The translations under genes and the position numbers were made by a program. From Leucoraja ocellata (lineage: Eukaryota), in contig JAWMAR010000136.1 of assembly GCA_036785375.1 (NCBI GenBank), forward strand, positions 1,612,001 through 1,676,000: a stretch of 64,000 bases of DNA, in the 5' to 3' direction. Positions within the stretch are counted from its first letter, which is position 1, and the number at the start of each line of letters is the position of its first letter. This document shows, piece by piece, positions 51,273 through 64,000 of the stretch. The notes below the pieces were generated by a model. It saw only the letters and a list, made by a program, of their open reading frames with translations. It searched no databases and was not told the origin of the DNA.

Positions 51273-54200
51273 TGCAATCACGTCCCTGTCGAAGCGGCCA
51301 TAGAAGTGATTAAGCTCCTCAAGGAAGGAGGCATCGCTGGATGTGGGGGTGATGTTGGTGGGTCTATAGTCTGTGATGGCCTGGATGCCTTGCCACATGC
51401 GTCGGGAGTCGGGGTTGTTGTTGAAGTGCTCCTCAATCCTGAGCTTATGGCAGTGCTTGGCCTTCTTGATGCCCCTCTTCAGGTTAGCCCTGGATGAACT
51501 GTAGGCTCGAGCATCGCCTGACCTGAAAGCGGTGTCCCGTGCTTTCAGCAGTAGTCTACCTCGCTGTTCATCCATGGTTTCTGATTCAGGAATATGGTCA
51601 CCCATTTGTGGGAGGTGACACTATTGATGGTGGAGTTTATAAAGTCCAGAACAGAGCATGTGCAGGAATCAATGTCCGTGTGGGAGTCAAGGGTGGCCTG
51701 GGCTGCAAACGCCTTCCAGTCAGTGTTTCCAAAACACTGCTGAAGTGTGGAGTCCGCTTCCTCTGACCAGACTTTAACTGTCCTCACAGTTGGTTTAACC
51801 CGTCTGATGAGTGGGGAGTACTTAGGGAGCAGGAACAATGAGAGGTGATCAGGTGGGGGAGGGGGACGGCTTTGTAAGCTTCAGCCATGTTAGTGTCGAC
51901 TTTGTCCAGTGTCTTGCCTACTCTACTGGCGAAGGAGACATGTTGGTGGAATTTGGGGAGTACAGTCTTCAGGTTGGAGTGATTGAAGTCACCCGCAACA
52001 ATGAAGGCTGCCTCGGGGTTGTGTTTTCATTCTGGGTCGGAGTGGAAAAATCTTTCTGGGCAGCAGAGGTTTTTGTGCCAAATCATTAACATGCATCTAA
52101 ACTAAATCTGCAGAAGAATCACAATATTACTCCCTAGTTCTAGCGCCTCAGAAGTTGCAAGGAGACCTGATACGGTATATAAAATTAAGAGGCACAGAAA
52201 GGGTAGACAGTCAGGACCGTTTTCCTCAGAGTGCAAACATTAAAGCCAGTGGGCATTGTTTTAAAGTGGGTGGGCCAAAGTTAAAAGATGTGCAGGGTGA
52301 GAGGGCATCTCATCTGCCTCCAGTATTTTTTAACATCAGAAATGCAATCTCAAACAATTATTTGAATTTTGCTGACTGTGGTAGTGGGACTCATGTGCTT
52401 TACTTGATCCAGTCAGCACTGATGACTCCTCTCAGCACTGGGAAGTTTACGCAATGAGCCCCCTCCTTTTACCACATTGCTTTCCAGCTGTTAAAATAGA
52501 ATGTGAAATATAAACCCTGCTTTATATGGCTGACTAAATGAACTGTTTTCAAGAGTGCATTTTCACAAACTGAAACTGTATTATAGGAATTTAAATTTAA
52601 AAGAAACAGGAAGGCAGACAGATTTCAGTTTCCAAAAACTTCCTCAATTTAACTTTACAAAATCTACAAAAGCTAGCCAAACTAAAACCCTTTCAAAACA
52701 ATTAGGCTTTGGACTGATCTCTTGCAAATTAGGATGGTTTAAATTAAAAATGAATATACTGGATACCAACTATGATTAGAAGTTATGAGTTAATGGAATA
52801 ATTATTTCTCAGTTGCTTTTTGTTTGAAAAAAATATGAATAGCAAGAAGCAAGTAGGGCAAAGATTTGTTTTGTGGCAAATTAGTAATGCAAATGTTCTA
52901 TTTATCATGATCCTAACAAGTACTTCCTGCATTTTTCTGGAGGTTAGAGTTATATTCTGTTTTTTACCATCTGTCTCAATTATTCAGATTCAATTTTAAT
53001 TGTCATTGGCAGTGTACAGTACAGAGACAACAAAATGCAATTACCACCATGCAAGGGGTATGAAGAAGGGTCTCAACCCGAAATGTCACCTATTCCTTTT
53101 CCCCAGGCATGTTGCTTCACCCGCTGAGTCACTCTAACATTTTGTGTCTATCTTTGGTGTAAACCAGCATCTGCTACATGTTCCATCCTGCATGTATGGT
53201 TATGGGATTTGGTGTGTGGGGAGGAATATAAACTTTCAGATATTATGAAGATTCACTTCCAATTTGGAACTGTAGGTGAATCTTCATGAGTGTGATACAG
53301 GCCAAATCTTGACAATAGGCCACAACGTTTGAAATTGTCACTTGGAGAAGAAATATCAGCTCTTGATATTAATAGTAGTGTAATAAGGCTTCACCATACA
53401 TTTCATCTGATCTAGTGCAGAGTGTAAAATGAGACATAAAAAAATAGAACAGTTCAGCACATTGGCCCACAATGTCCATTTTTCAAGAGAGTTTGATTTA
53501 GCCCTTAGGGCTAAAGGAATTAAGGGATAAGGGGGAAAAAGCAGGAACATGGTACTGATTTTGGATGATCAGCTTTGATCATATTGAATGGCAATGATAG
53601 CTCAAAGGGCCGAATGGCCTACTCCAGCACCTATTTTCTATGTTTCAATGTTTTTATGTATCCATGCCAAGTTAAATTAATCTCCTCTACGTCCACATGA
53701 TCCATGCCCCGCATATCCATATCCCTAGCTAACAGCCTCTTAAACGCCACAATTATATTTGCCTCCACCACCACCCATGGCAGCGCATTAGAGACGCCCA
53801 ACACTCGCTGTGCTAAAACACTTGCCCCATGCTTCTCTTTTATTTCTTGCCCCACTCACAGCACTATGCTCTCCAGGCTTTGAAATTTCCACTGAAAAAA
53901 TGTTCTGGCTGTCTACCCGAGCAAGGCTTTTCATAAATGTATACACTTCTATCAGGTGCCCCCTCAACCTCCAACACTCCAGGGAAATCAATTCAAGTCT
54001 GTCCACCCTCTCTCCCACACTCTAATCCAGGCAGAAAATTTGCACTTTAGGCAAATCAATCTGAAACACAACTCCAAAGTACACAATTGCACAGAGATGT
54101 TGGTGTTTTAAATAACTTAAGGATTATACACTGAACAACAAAGAAAAGTGTCCACTTTGGACCGGTGGCCATTTAAATGGTGGTGAGATAGAAATGCTAC

Positions 54201-56312
54201 CTCAGAAAAATGTTTAATTGTAGATATAAAGCAGGTGATGTTCTCTGCATATTTACTTAAGATGACTTTCTGACACAAAGATCAAGGAAGTAAACCGTAA
54301 ATATCACCTCCCCTCCCCCCCTGTGGTCTCACTGACTGTAAGTCACAGATTCACATGAATATCAGCTGATTTCTATTTGAATTTCACGAGAAACATCCTT
54401 CCGTAAACAAAGTTCAATGTATTATATTTAACTGTAATCACTCACTCTTTTGGCTGCTGCAGATTTTTTTTAACTGGGCGAAGCTGTTAGAGCTGCCGGA
54501 GAGCTGGGTTCAATCATGACTTGGGTAACGTTAGTGTGGAGCTTACACACTCTCCCCGTGACCGTGTGGGTTTAATCCGGTTGGGTTTCCCCCTTGTGTG
54601 TAGGCAGTGGATGAGAAAGTGGAATAACATGGAACTAGTGGGATAACATAGAACATATATGGGCTCTATCTGTGGAAAGGTGTGCTGCCACTGGAAAGGG
54701 TCCAGAGGTGGATTTTGAGAATGATCCCTGGAATGATTGGGTCAACATGTGATCAGTGTTTGATGGCAGTGGGCCTGTACAAGCTGGAGTTTAGATGAAT
54801 GGGAACCTCATTGAAACTTAGCCAACAGTGAAAAGCCTGGATAGAGTGGATGTAGAGAGGATGTTTCCACTAGTGGTAGAGTTTGCATAACCTTTGAAAG
54901 GAGACGAGGAGGAATTTCTTCAGTCAGTGTGTGGTGAATCGATGGAATTTATCACCACAGAAGGCTGTGCAGGCCACCAATGGACATTTTGAAGGTGGAA
55001 ATTGACAGATTGTTGATTAATACGGGAGTCAGAAGGCAGGAGAATGGGGTTGAGAGGGAAAGATAGATCATCCATGATTGAATGGCAGAGTAAGCTTGAT
55101 GGGCCGAATGGCCTAATTCTGCTCCTACAACTGATGAACTTATGAACTAGTGTGATCGGGTGATCGATCGTCGGCATAGACTCGGTGGGCTAAAGGACCT
55201 GTTGCCATGCTGTACCTCTAAACAGTTGTGTAAGAATGTGTCAGCTAAAATTAAACTAAACGTCCTTACAATACAGAGGACTTCCAGCCCATCAAGTCAA
55301 TAGCAGCTAGCAATCCTGTTGGTTCCATTTCCTCTACTTGTTTCCCTGCAATCTGTTCTCTCTCAGATGCGTTTTCCCTCCCCACTGCTACTACTACTTC
55401 CCCCCTACACCAGCAGAAATATATGGCGGCCAATTGACTCTCCAGCTCATATTTGAGCTGCCCAGAAAACAGAAGCACTTGGGGAAAGTCCATACAGTGA
55501 GAGATTGAAATGCCACAGAGTTGGTGCCAGAGATTAGACTCTTGAGTACAACAGCCTGGAATTCATGATGCAGCTTTGTATGACTTTAGTTAGGCCACAT
55601 TTGGAGTATAGAATGTAGTTTTAGTTGCTCCAATACAAGAAGGATGTGGAGGGTTTTGAAGGTTTACCTGAACGATGCCTGGATTAGACAGTATTAGCTA
55701 CAGGGGACTCGGATTGGACAAACTTGGATTGTTTTCTCTGGAACACCGGGGTTGTGGGGGGAACTAACAGAAGTATATAAAATTATGAGAGGCATAGATC
55801 AGGAAGACAGTCAGAACCTCCACCCCCCCCCCCCCCCCCCACCCCCACCTCACCAGGGTGGAAATGCACACTAGAGGCCATAGCTATAAAGTTACACATA
55901 GCGCATAACAATACAGCTAGAAATCTTTTTCCCAAGATCGAAAAGTCAAATACTAGAGAACGCATCTTTATGGTGAGAGGGGAAAAGTTTAAAGGAGATG
56001 TGTGGGGCGCGTTTTTTGTCTTTACACAGAGGGTGGTGAGTGCCTGGAGTGCACTGCTGGGATTTGTGGTTGAGGCAGATGTTCGTTAATGGCATTTAAT
56101 AGACTTTTGGATATGGCAACAAATTGGTCTGCAACTGAGGAAACATCAGCACAAACTTTTCAGTCCTGGAATCCAGCTATACTCCAGCCAATGCATAGAT
56201 GACACATGAAATTGATTTACTGCCACATATAAATCCCAACTTATGAATTGATTTTGTCATAATATTTGACTTGAAAGTACCTTAAAGCCACACCAATTTT
56301 TAAAACACCCAC

Positions 56313-56618
56313 CTTGTGTTACAAGCAAGCTAACTTTGCATTCAAAAGTGTTATCTTTTGTGTACAAGTAGGCAGTATAATTTCCAGAATCTGAGTATTT
56401 CACTTCTATAACAGTTAAGGTAATTTCTTCTTTGTCTACGTGAAGTTGAAATCCAGTACACCTTGGTTCGGGTTCCTCGTTTAAATTCTCATAGCAAATT
56501 GTTTCAGCTTTTTTCTGCCAGTATGCAATATAACTTTTATCTGTGATCTTTAATGAGTGTGGACACTTCAGCGATCCCGGTCTGCCGGCTATCAGGGTGA
56601 CTTTTAAATCTTTAATGC
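56313..56618 (-). CDS. Gene C coding exon 2: atypical IgV domain (B7/CD2-like)
   Basis: Acceptor tttgtttttaaacag, donor CAAG|gtgggt, 306 nt open: IKDLKVTLIAGRPGSLKCPHSLKITDKSYIAYWQKKAETICYENLNEEPEPRCTGFQLHVDKEEITLTVIEVKYSDSGNYTAYLYTKDNTFECKVSLLVTQ. Not in the ORF track. Confidence 0.88.
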
Positions 56619-56680
56619 CTGTTTAAAAACAAATACAAAAAGAAAACATTCAGCATTTTGAAAACACCCATATTTAATCT

Positions 56681-56715
56681 CAGTCTGAAGAAGGGTTTCG
56701 ACCCGAAACATTGCC
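56681..56715 (+). ncRNA. Minimal hammerhead ribozyme motif
   Basis: CUGAAGA-A-GGGU(UUCG)ACCC-GAAA-CAUU. Stem III is imperfect. Confidence 0.5.
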
Positions 56716-59222
56716 TATTTCCTTCGCTCCATAGATGCTGCCTCAGCCGCTGAGTTTCTGCAGTATTTTTGTCTACCTTCGATTTTCCAGCATCTGCAGT
56801 TCTTTCTTAAACATATTTCATTTATGTCTTGACCTAAGCAACTAATGTATAAGGAATGAAAGTTGGAATTTTATGTCCATCAGTTATTATTAGCCCAAAT
56901 CTGGAAGTAAAAAATTGTGCTTTGGGCAGGTGCAAAATGTATGCACCCAATTCCTGTTTCATCCGACCAATTAGAAACATGGAGCAGCATTTCTTGCTGT
57001 GCTCAGCTAAGATGGATTTGAGTTCTCACATGCTTTAGAAAAACTGGGTTGTGAAGTCATTTTGTGCAATTAAGATGAGACAGGAGAAATAATCCAAGCA
57101 ATTCTTGTGCAAAGCAATCATGGACAAAACTATGTCTCCAGTACAGCAATGTTTTAGTGTGTGCTTTCACTTATCATACAATTTAGACCACATGAGGTCA
57201 AATTCTGTGACATCAAATCATGTAATTGAATTGATTAAGGTATGTTAATTGTGGCTGGTCACACGCTGACCTTCAGTCACTTTAATCAAATGCTCAGCAA
57301 TTTCTAGAGGGTTGTAAACTAAAAGAACCGGGTAGGCCGGGAAAAAGCTAGCCAGCGAGAGCAAGCGGAGAGGGAGAGGGAGAGAGGGATGAGGAGGAGA
57401 GTGACAAGAGAGCTTGGGGGAATGATAGAAGGTGAGAAGTGAGAGATGGCACAAGGAAGGATGCAAAAAGGGTGAGAGAGATAGATCAGCCAGACAACAG
57501 AGGAGCTGGGTTTTGTCGGGAAAAAGTTATAATTAGAACTAGATTCAAGTCAACCACATACTGAAATAAACACATTTAATTTTTTGAATGTGGGCCAATG
57601 GAACTGAATTACTGGAGCACAGTTCCTTGCAAATATGTTATTGCCAAATTGTGCCGACATTTATTCCTGGAAAAGTCTTTGACAGTTTCCAGTGCTGAGT
57701 CTGCGTCATTTTGTTGGACTTCACTCTGCATTGAACATGGTATAAAATAGTTTGGATGGAACTGTGTGAAAATAGAACTGGAAGTAATCCATTCTCCCAC
57801 TTACGCCAAACACAACAATGAAGTTTAAAATAATTTAACTTCAACAGATTGGGATAGAAAACTGCCCTCTCTTTTACATGTAAAATGTGCAAACAGGAAC
57901 ATATTTGCAAAGAACTCCGCTCCAATAATTCTGTTCCTTTGACTTACATTTCAAATTTCTACTCAATTATTTTTAAATATTTTGCAATATTCTGAATGTT
58001 CTTCTGTTCCCACAAATAGCAAATTAAATAAACGAATTGCCTGTTGGTAAGTGTAACCAAGTTCCCATCATTTAAATAGTTTGTAAACTGAGCATATTCC
58101 AGGAACCCAACAAATGCAAAGTTCTCCCTTTGAAACCCAAAATAGAAGTGTTGTGTTTTCCGTATATATCTCCCGAGAGTTTTTTTCAAATTATACCATA
58201 ATAGCCTCCTTCATTTAGCAATAACAAATAATAATTTTCTACAATATCAAATAAAGTTACATTAACATCTTGCACTGAAATAACCCATTTGCAACTATAA
58301 TTACATTGTTATCCAACGTACTATTTCTCATAATTATAAAAAAATAATTCTACCCAAATATACAGGGACAGATTCACAACAAGAAAATATTAAATTGCAT
58401 TGACGCAGATGATGTTGTGGGCACAGAAACTATCTCATCGGAATACTCCTCTTCATTGCATCAATAGCATTGGATCACAATGGGTGCCGGCGAGGTAGGA
58501 TTTTGTGTTTACAGCTGCCCTACTGTGGCCTTCCACACATCTTAAAACAATTTCACAGCTCATTTGAAATCCTGCAATTGCTCCAAAGCTGGAAAATTTA
58601 GTACCCAGTTTGTTCCTAACATCAAAGAGCAATTTTAATCTGTTGTCATGGTGCAGGTTCAGTGATTCAGAGCTGAAATCTAGCATCTCGTGCACTGAAG
58701 CGCTAATTTAGATAATACAAGGAGGGTAATTCCAAACCATGGTAACTGACCAGAGGCAGGCCAAGCTGCCGCACTGCTATGGAAACATTAGATATCGTTT
58801 GTGTTGCTTCCTCATTTAGTGGATTATTTATAAATAAGGATTTAACTAGAATCTTGACACAGCAAAGATACGTTGAGTAAGTAAGCAGCCAGCCTCATAA
58901 CTGAGGAAATACACAAAATGCTTGAATAACTCAGCAAATCAGGCAGGTTCCCTGGAGAACATGGATAGGCGATGAGTCGGAAGAAGGGTCTCAACCCAAA
59001 AGGGCACTTGTCTATGTTCTCCATGGCCATTGCCTGACCCGCTGAGTTAATCCAGCATTGTGTGCCTTTCCTTGGTAAACCAGCATCTGTGGTATCTTGT
59101 ATCTGCGGCTTCATAACTATATCGATCGGAAATGATTACCTGTGACTGTAGGTACAACAACTTAAACTAAGAATATTTATCTGTCCACTTTGTTCCATCA
59201 GTTGCATCAATTCAATACTTAC

Positions 59223-59289
59223 TCTCAGAATTTACTTCCAGTATGAATGTTAATAAGATAACGTGGATGATACTTGGTAATCCACCCAT
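59223..59289 (-). CDS. Gene C coding exon 1: signal peptide (MGGLPSIIHVILLTFILEVNSE)
   Basis: Exon begins at 59301 after ttcctttctttgcag. ATG at 59289, hydrophobic core, phase-1 donor GAGA|gtaagt. Confidence 0.82.
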
Positions 59290-61333
59290 TTCTGTGGAAA
59301 TCTGCAAAGAAAGGAAATGGTTAAACAATGAAAAAATTCATCCTTGCCATTCTATATTCTGTAACACAGTGGCTGAAAATCAACAATGTGGGAACAATGG
59401 GTAGGAAGGAACTGCAGATGCTGGTTTAAACTGTAGATAGACACAAAATGCTTGAGTAACTCAGCGGGACAGGCAGCATCTCTGAATAGAAGAAATGGGT
59501 AACATTTCAGGTCGAGACCCTTCGTCAGACTGAATCAGAGGAGAAGGAGATATAGAGATAAGGAAGTATAAAATGTGAAAATGAGACAAAGGTGATATCA
59601 AGGGTCTCTTTTCTACATTCCTTAATCTCTGTCTCGTTTTCATACCTTCCACTTCCTTATCTCTGTATGCCCCTCTCCCCTTATGTCTCTGGTACACCAA
59701 AATTAGACTCCTATTTATTGACTAAAGCTCTGCCTTCAAAGCCATAAGAGCCCACACCCCCACCCACCCACACACCCACCCACACACACCTGTGCGGCAC
59801 AATGCGGCTCTAACTCCATCCACAAGTTCACAGATGACACCACTACGGAGTTACCAAGCAATCACGAGCAATGATGAGCTCGAGAGCTTAGTAACATGGA
59901 GTCAAGCCAACACCCTCTCCCTCAACAAAACCAAGTTGATAGTTATCGATTTCAGGAACTGTGGTGGAATACATTTCACAATCAGCAACAATGGTGCCAA
60001 AGTGGAAATGGTTGAGAACTTCAAGTTTCTAGGCATGAATATTATCAACAATCTGTTGTGGAATAATCCACATTGAAGCAACAGTATAAAACACACATCA
60101 ACACTTCTACTTCCTTAGGCGACTGCGGAATTTGGCACATCTCCAACGAGACTTACATACTTCTACAGATGCACCTCACACTATTGAGTTGCACCACAAC
60201 TTGGTTTAGGAATAGCTCTGACCAAGTACACAAGATATTGAAGATATGAAGATGTAGCTCAGGCCATCACACTGATCAGACATCCCAACATTAACTCCAT
60301 CTACATTAACTACATTGGGAAAGCAGCCAACATAATAAAGGATCTTTCCACCTCGGTCATTTCTTCTCCCCCCCCACTTCCAATTGGCAGAAGTTATGAA
60401 ACTTAAAAACACACACCATTAGACTCAAGAAATTCTTCCCCTCTATTATCAGCCTTTTGAACAGTGCATCCATAAGCTAGGATACAATCTCCAACCTTTC
60501 TCATTGTGGACATTGGACTTTTTCCTCTAAACTGTTGCATTATACTTCTGATCTGTTTATTCATAGCAGTTAGAGGGTTGTGGTGAAAGGTAGATATTCT
60601 GGCTGGACGCCTGTGATCAGTGGAGTTCTGCAGGGATCTCTGTAGTTTGCGAGGCATATAAATGACTCGGACGTAAATGTAGATGGGTTGGTGAGCAAGT
60701 TTGCTGATGACACCAAAACTGGAGGAACTGCAAACAGTGAGGAAGGCTGTCAGAAGATACAGAGGGATATAGATCAGCTGCAGAAATACCAGAGGAAATT
60801 TAACCTAAGTAGGAGGTGCTCCACTTCAGGAGGTTCAGTGGAAGGGGAAAGTAGTTTTGTTTTTACATAAAGAGTAATGGGGGGGGTCTGAAATGCATTG
60901 CCAGGGGTGTTGACGGAGGCAGTATTATAGTTGTGTTCAAGAGGCTTTTCGTCAGGTACATGGAAGTGCAGGAAATAGAGTGATATGGATCGTGTACAGG
61001 CAGATGAGATCAGTTTAACTTGGTATCATGCTTGGCACAGATATAGAGAGCCAAAGAGCCCATTCCTGTGGTGTACCATTCTATGTACAATGCTGTGAAC
61101 TATATTCTGCACCTGGTATCATTTACTGCATTTTATCTTTTGTACCGTGGGTGTTGCCAGATCGCAGAATGCCAGACTCGAGACTTGGTTTCGTATTCTT
61201 TCAACATTTACTCTAAAACATGGACTGCAAAATAATAACAAAAGCCACCTCTTTCCAGTATTTTCATTTCTTCATTGCCTCAACTCTTTGCCTTGTTATT
61301 TTGAAATGTCTCCACAAAAGCTAACTTACTTAC

Positions 61334-61438
61334 ATACTGTTGGATGCACACTAATCAGGCAAAGTCCTGACCTGGCTTTTGAGCGAGTGGACAGCTACGA
61401 GCTCACGGCAGCAGGTCGACTCGCATCCTTTCGAACTT
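61334..61438 (-). other. Probable non-coding 5'UTR exon of gene C
   Basis: Acceptor tttttctctatcctacag and donor AT|gtaagt. Stops in all three frames. Contains the short uORF MRVDLLP*. Confidence 0.45.
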
Positions 61439-62536
61439 CTGTAGGATAGAGAAAAACTTCAGTGTGGAAATAACTGTGCATCAGGCACCTAAATTCCAGA
61501 ATATTAATTAACAATGCAAGGAGGATAAGTATTAAAAAAGTAAAATGAACACCGTTCAGTGTGCAGTCAGAATCCAATCATCATTATCAACGGTGCGTCA
61601 ACACATTTTCAGTGCCATATGTACTGTCAGGTTGGGTTGCATGTGTGTCCAGAATGAAAGGAGATCATCTAACAATAGTTCCTAAATATTAAGTCTCTTT
61701 CATTCTCTCTCCAGTTACACTCTGATCTGCTGAATATTTTTAGAATTCTTTAGTTTAGAGATACTGTGCGGAAACAGGCCCTTCAGCCCACCGAGTCCGC
61801 ACTGATTAGTTATCCCTGCATACTAACACTATACTACATACACTAGGGACAATTTACAATTTTACCGAAGCCAATTAACCTACAAACCTGTGGGAGGAAA
61901 CCTGGACACCAGGAGAAAACCCACACAGGTCACGGAGAGAATTTACATACTCTGTACAGCCAGCACCCATAGTCAGGATGCAACCCGAGTCTCTGGTGCT
62001 GTAAGGCAGCAACTCTACCACTGCACTGCCCATAATTCTCCTGATAGTATTTTCATATATACAACCACTGCAAAATTCACTTTCAAATAATTAATTCCGA
62101 GAATCAAAATGCAACTAATTTAATCACAGTTCAGATCATAGGAAGTCTGCATTATCTTTCATTTTCACTATTGCTGACTGCTTTCAGAAATCAGTCTGCA
62201 ACAGGCTCGATTCTGAGGTCCACATTTACAGTTACAGTTTGTCATTTCCTGCTATTTTCCCAAATTAGATAAAAACAGCACAAGGGTAAAAGTACAGAAG
62301 ATAAAATGGGGGAGGGATTGGGCTGCAATGGGAACTTGATGGGAAATGTGAACTTGAATCCAAAGTTGCAGCCAAAATGTGTATTGAAAATGTGGAAGCA
62401 AAGAACTGCAGTCGCTGGTTAATACACTAACGTGCTGCCAAGAAGGGTCTTGACCTGAAATGTCGCCTATCCATGTTCTCCAAAGATACAGCATGCCCAC
62501 TGTGTTACTCCAGTACATTGTGTCCTTTTGGGGGTT

Positions 62537-62833
62537 ACACAAAAAAGCTGGAGAAACTCAGCGGGTGCAGCAGCATCTATGGAGCGAAGGAAATAGGCAA
62601 CGTTTCGGGCCGAAACCCTTCTTCAGACTGATCGGGGGCGGGGGTGGGTGGGGACAAGAAAGGGAAAAGGAGGAGTAGCCAGAAGGCTGGGGGATGGGAG
62701 GAGACAGCAGGGGGGCTGAGGAAGGGGAGGAGACAGCAAGGACTAACAAAATTGGGAGAATTCGATGTTCATGCCCCCGGGGTGCAGACTCCCCAAACGG
62801 AATATGAGGTGCTGTTCCTCCAATTTCCGGTGC
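62537..62833 (-). mobile_element. Penelope-like element 3' end (GIY-YIG C-terminus plus hammerhead-bearing repeat)
   Basis: Minus strand encodes RKLEEQHLIFRLGSLHPGGMNIEFSQF, followed by the repeat that recurs many times in this window. Degenerate copies near 9350-9800, 31620-31860 and 32590-32690. Confidence 0.75.
62596..62630 (-). ncRNA. Minimal type I hammerhead ribozyme motif (Penelope-associated)
   Basis: CUGAAGA-A-GGGU(UUCG)GCCC-GAAA-CGUU core with palindromic stem III. Confidence 0.6.
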
Positions 62834-63007
62834 TGTCCTTTTGGGTATTAGCCAGCGTCTGCATTTCTTTATCTCTACAGCACTGTGTTCTTTTGTTCAT
62901 TCAACCCTGATTTGTGGCTGTAATCCGTTACTAGACTAAAATATGCAACTTGTAGCAGGCCAGATAAGATTAGCCGGTCCACTTCTTCATGGTCACCAAC
63001 AGGCAGG

Positions 63008-63620
63008 AAGATACAAGATACAAGATACATTTAATTGTCATTTGGACCCCTTGAGGTCCAAACGAAATGCCGTTTCTGCAGCCATACATTACAAACAAAT
63101 AGACCCAAGACGCAACATAATTTACATAAACATCCATCACATTGCTGTGATGGAAGGCCAAATAAACTTATCTCTCCACTGCACTGTCTCCCCCCTCCCC
63201 CATATGTCAGAGTCAAAGTCAAATCCCAAAGTCAAAGTCAAATGGCGATGGCGATTGTCCCGCGGCCATTAAAGCCACGCCGGGTGGTGCGAGGTCGCAC
63301 ACCGGGTCTTGGTGTTAGAGCCCCCGGCGTGCGCTCGCAGAGTCCCGCGGCTATTCCAAGCCGCACGGGGCGGTGATGTCAGGCCCCGCTCCAGGAGCTC
63401 TTCGACCCCGCAACTCGGGCGGGAGAAGTCGCCGTTGCGAGAGCCCTGAAAAGCGGTCTCCCTCCAGGGACCCGCGGGCTCCCGGTGCCGCCGTCCGCAG
63501 ACCCGCAGTAGCAGCCTCCGACTCTCCGGTCGGGCCGCAGCAGCAGCAGCGCTCCTCCACTGCTCCAGACTCGGCCAGCTCCGCGATGGTGAGTCGTCGG
63601 CACCAGAGTCCCCGGTCTCT
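63008..63620 (-). mobile_element. GC-rich interspersed repeat, probably a LINE 3' end with (CAAGATA)n tail
   Basis: Tandem caagata tail followed by catttaattgtc, a CpG-rich body and overlapping spurious ORFs. Confidence 0.5.
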
Positions 63621-64000
63621 TCCATAGACAGAAAACAATGCAAAATATGGTGAAGTTGAACACATCAACACTTCTTGCTGTAAAGCGTTAAAAAATCGTA
63701 CAAATGAAACACAATTTGACATTGCCAGCATGACTTTAGTATCGTCTCATCCAGCTATGATTTAATATAAACATCATTCATTCCTATTGGAACCATTCCA
63801 AGATTTTAATTTGCAATTCAAGTTGGAGATCATTTCTGGGAAATCGGTTTGCAGGCCATTAAAGAAAATCAAGCTTTCAAAAACGTACATTTGAGTCTTA
63901 GAGTCAAATAGAGTCATACAGAGATATAGAACACACCTACCACAGATGGCAGCACCTTGCACAGGAAGCATTGTGAGAATGCAGTGAAAGAGACTAACTC

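Noticed and set aside
62943-63731. Cluster of GC-rich ORFs
   Set aside because: Overlapping ORFs on both strands inside an interspersed repeat, with no recognisable domain.

Overview
Vertebrate genomic DNA, inferred from its repeat content (CR1, L2/Rex1-type, Penelope, V-SINE, Harbinger MITEs) to be from a cartilaginous fish such as a skate or ray. Most listed ORFs are repeat-derived or spurious. Reading splice sites by hand gives three multi-exon immunoglobulin-superfamily genes. Gene A (minus, ATG 8743, running to or past the left edge) and gene B (plus, ATG about 22595, to at least 37239) are head-to-head paralogues with the layout leader / germline-joined VJ-type V / C1-like / C2(I)-set / TM / cytoplasmic tail. 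Their V exons are about 89% identical in nucleotide sequence (38 differences in 348 nt, hand count). Their other Ig domains are only about 25-30% identical in protein, and their leader and TM exons are highly dissimilar. This pattern suggests a paired immune receptor system whose ligand-binding exon is homogenised by gene conversion. Gene B has an Arg at the TM start. Gene A has an uncharged TM and a candidate YxxI-x6-YxxI tail exon. Gene C (minus, 48375-59289) is absent from the ORF track. It encodes a predicted GPI-anchored single IgV protein (159 aa) with B7/CD2-like features and Ala in place of the canonical F-strand Cys. Many Penelope-derived repeats carry minimal hammerhead-ribozyme cores, and a ~740-bp palindromic MITE lies about 50 nt from gene A's V-exon acceptor. 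No orthologue names can be assigned from sequence alone.
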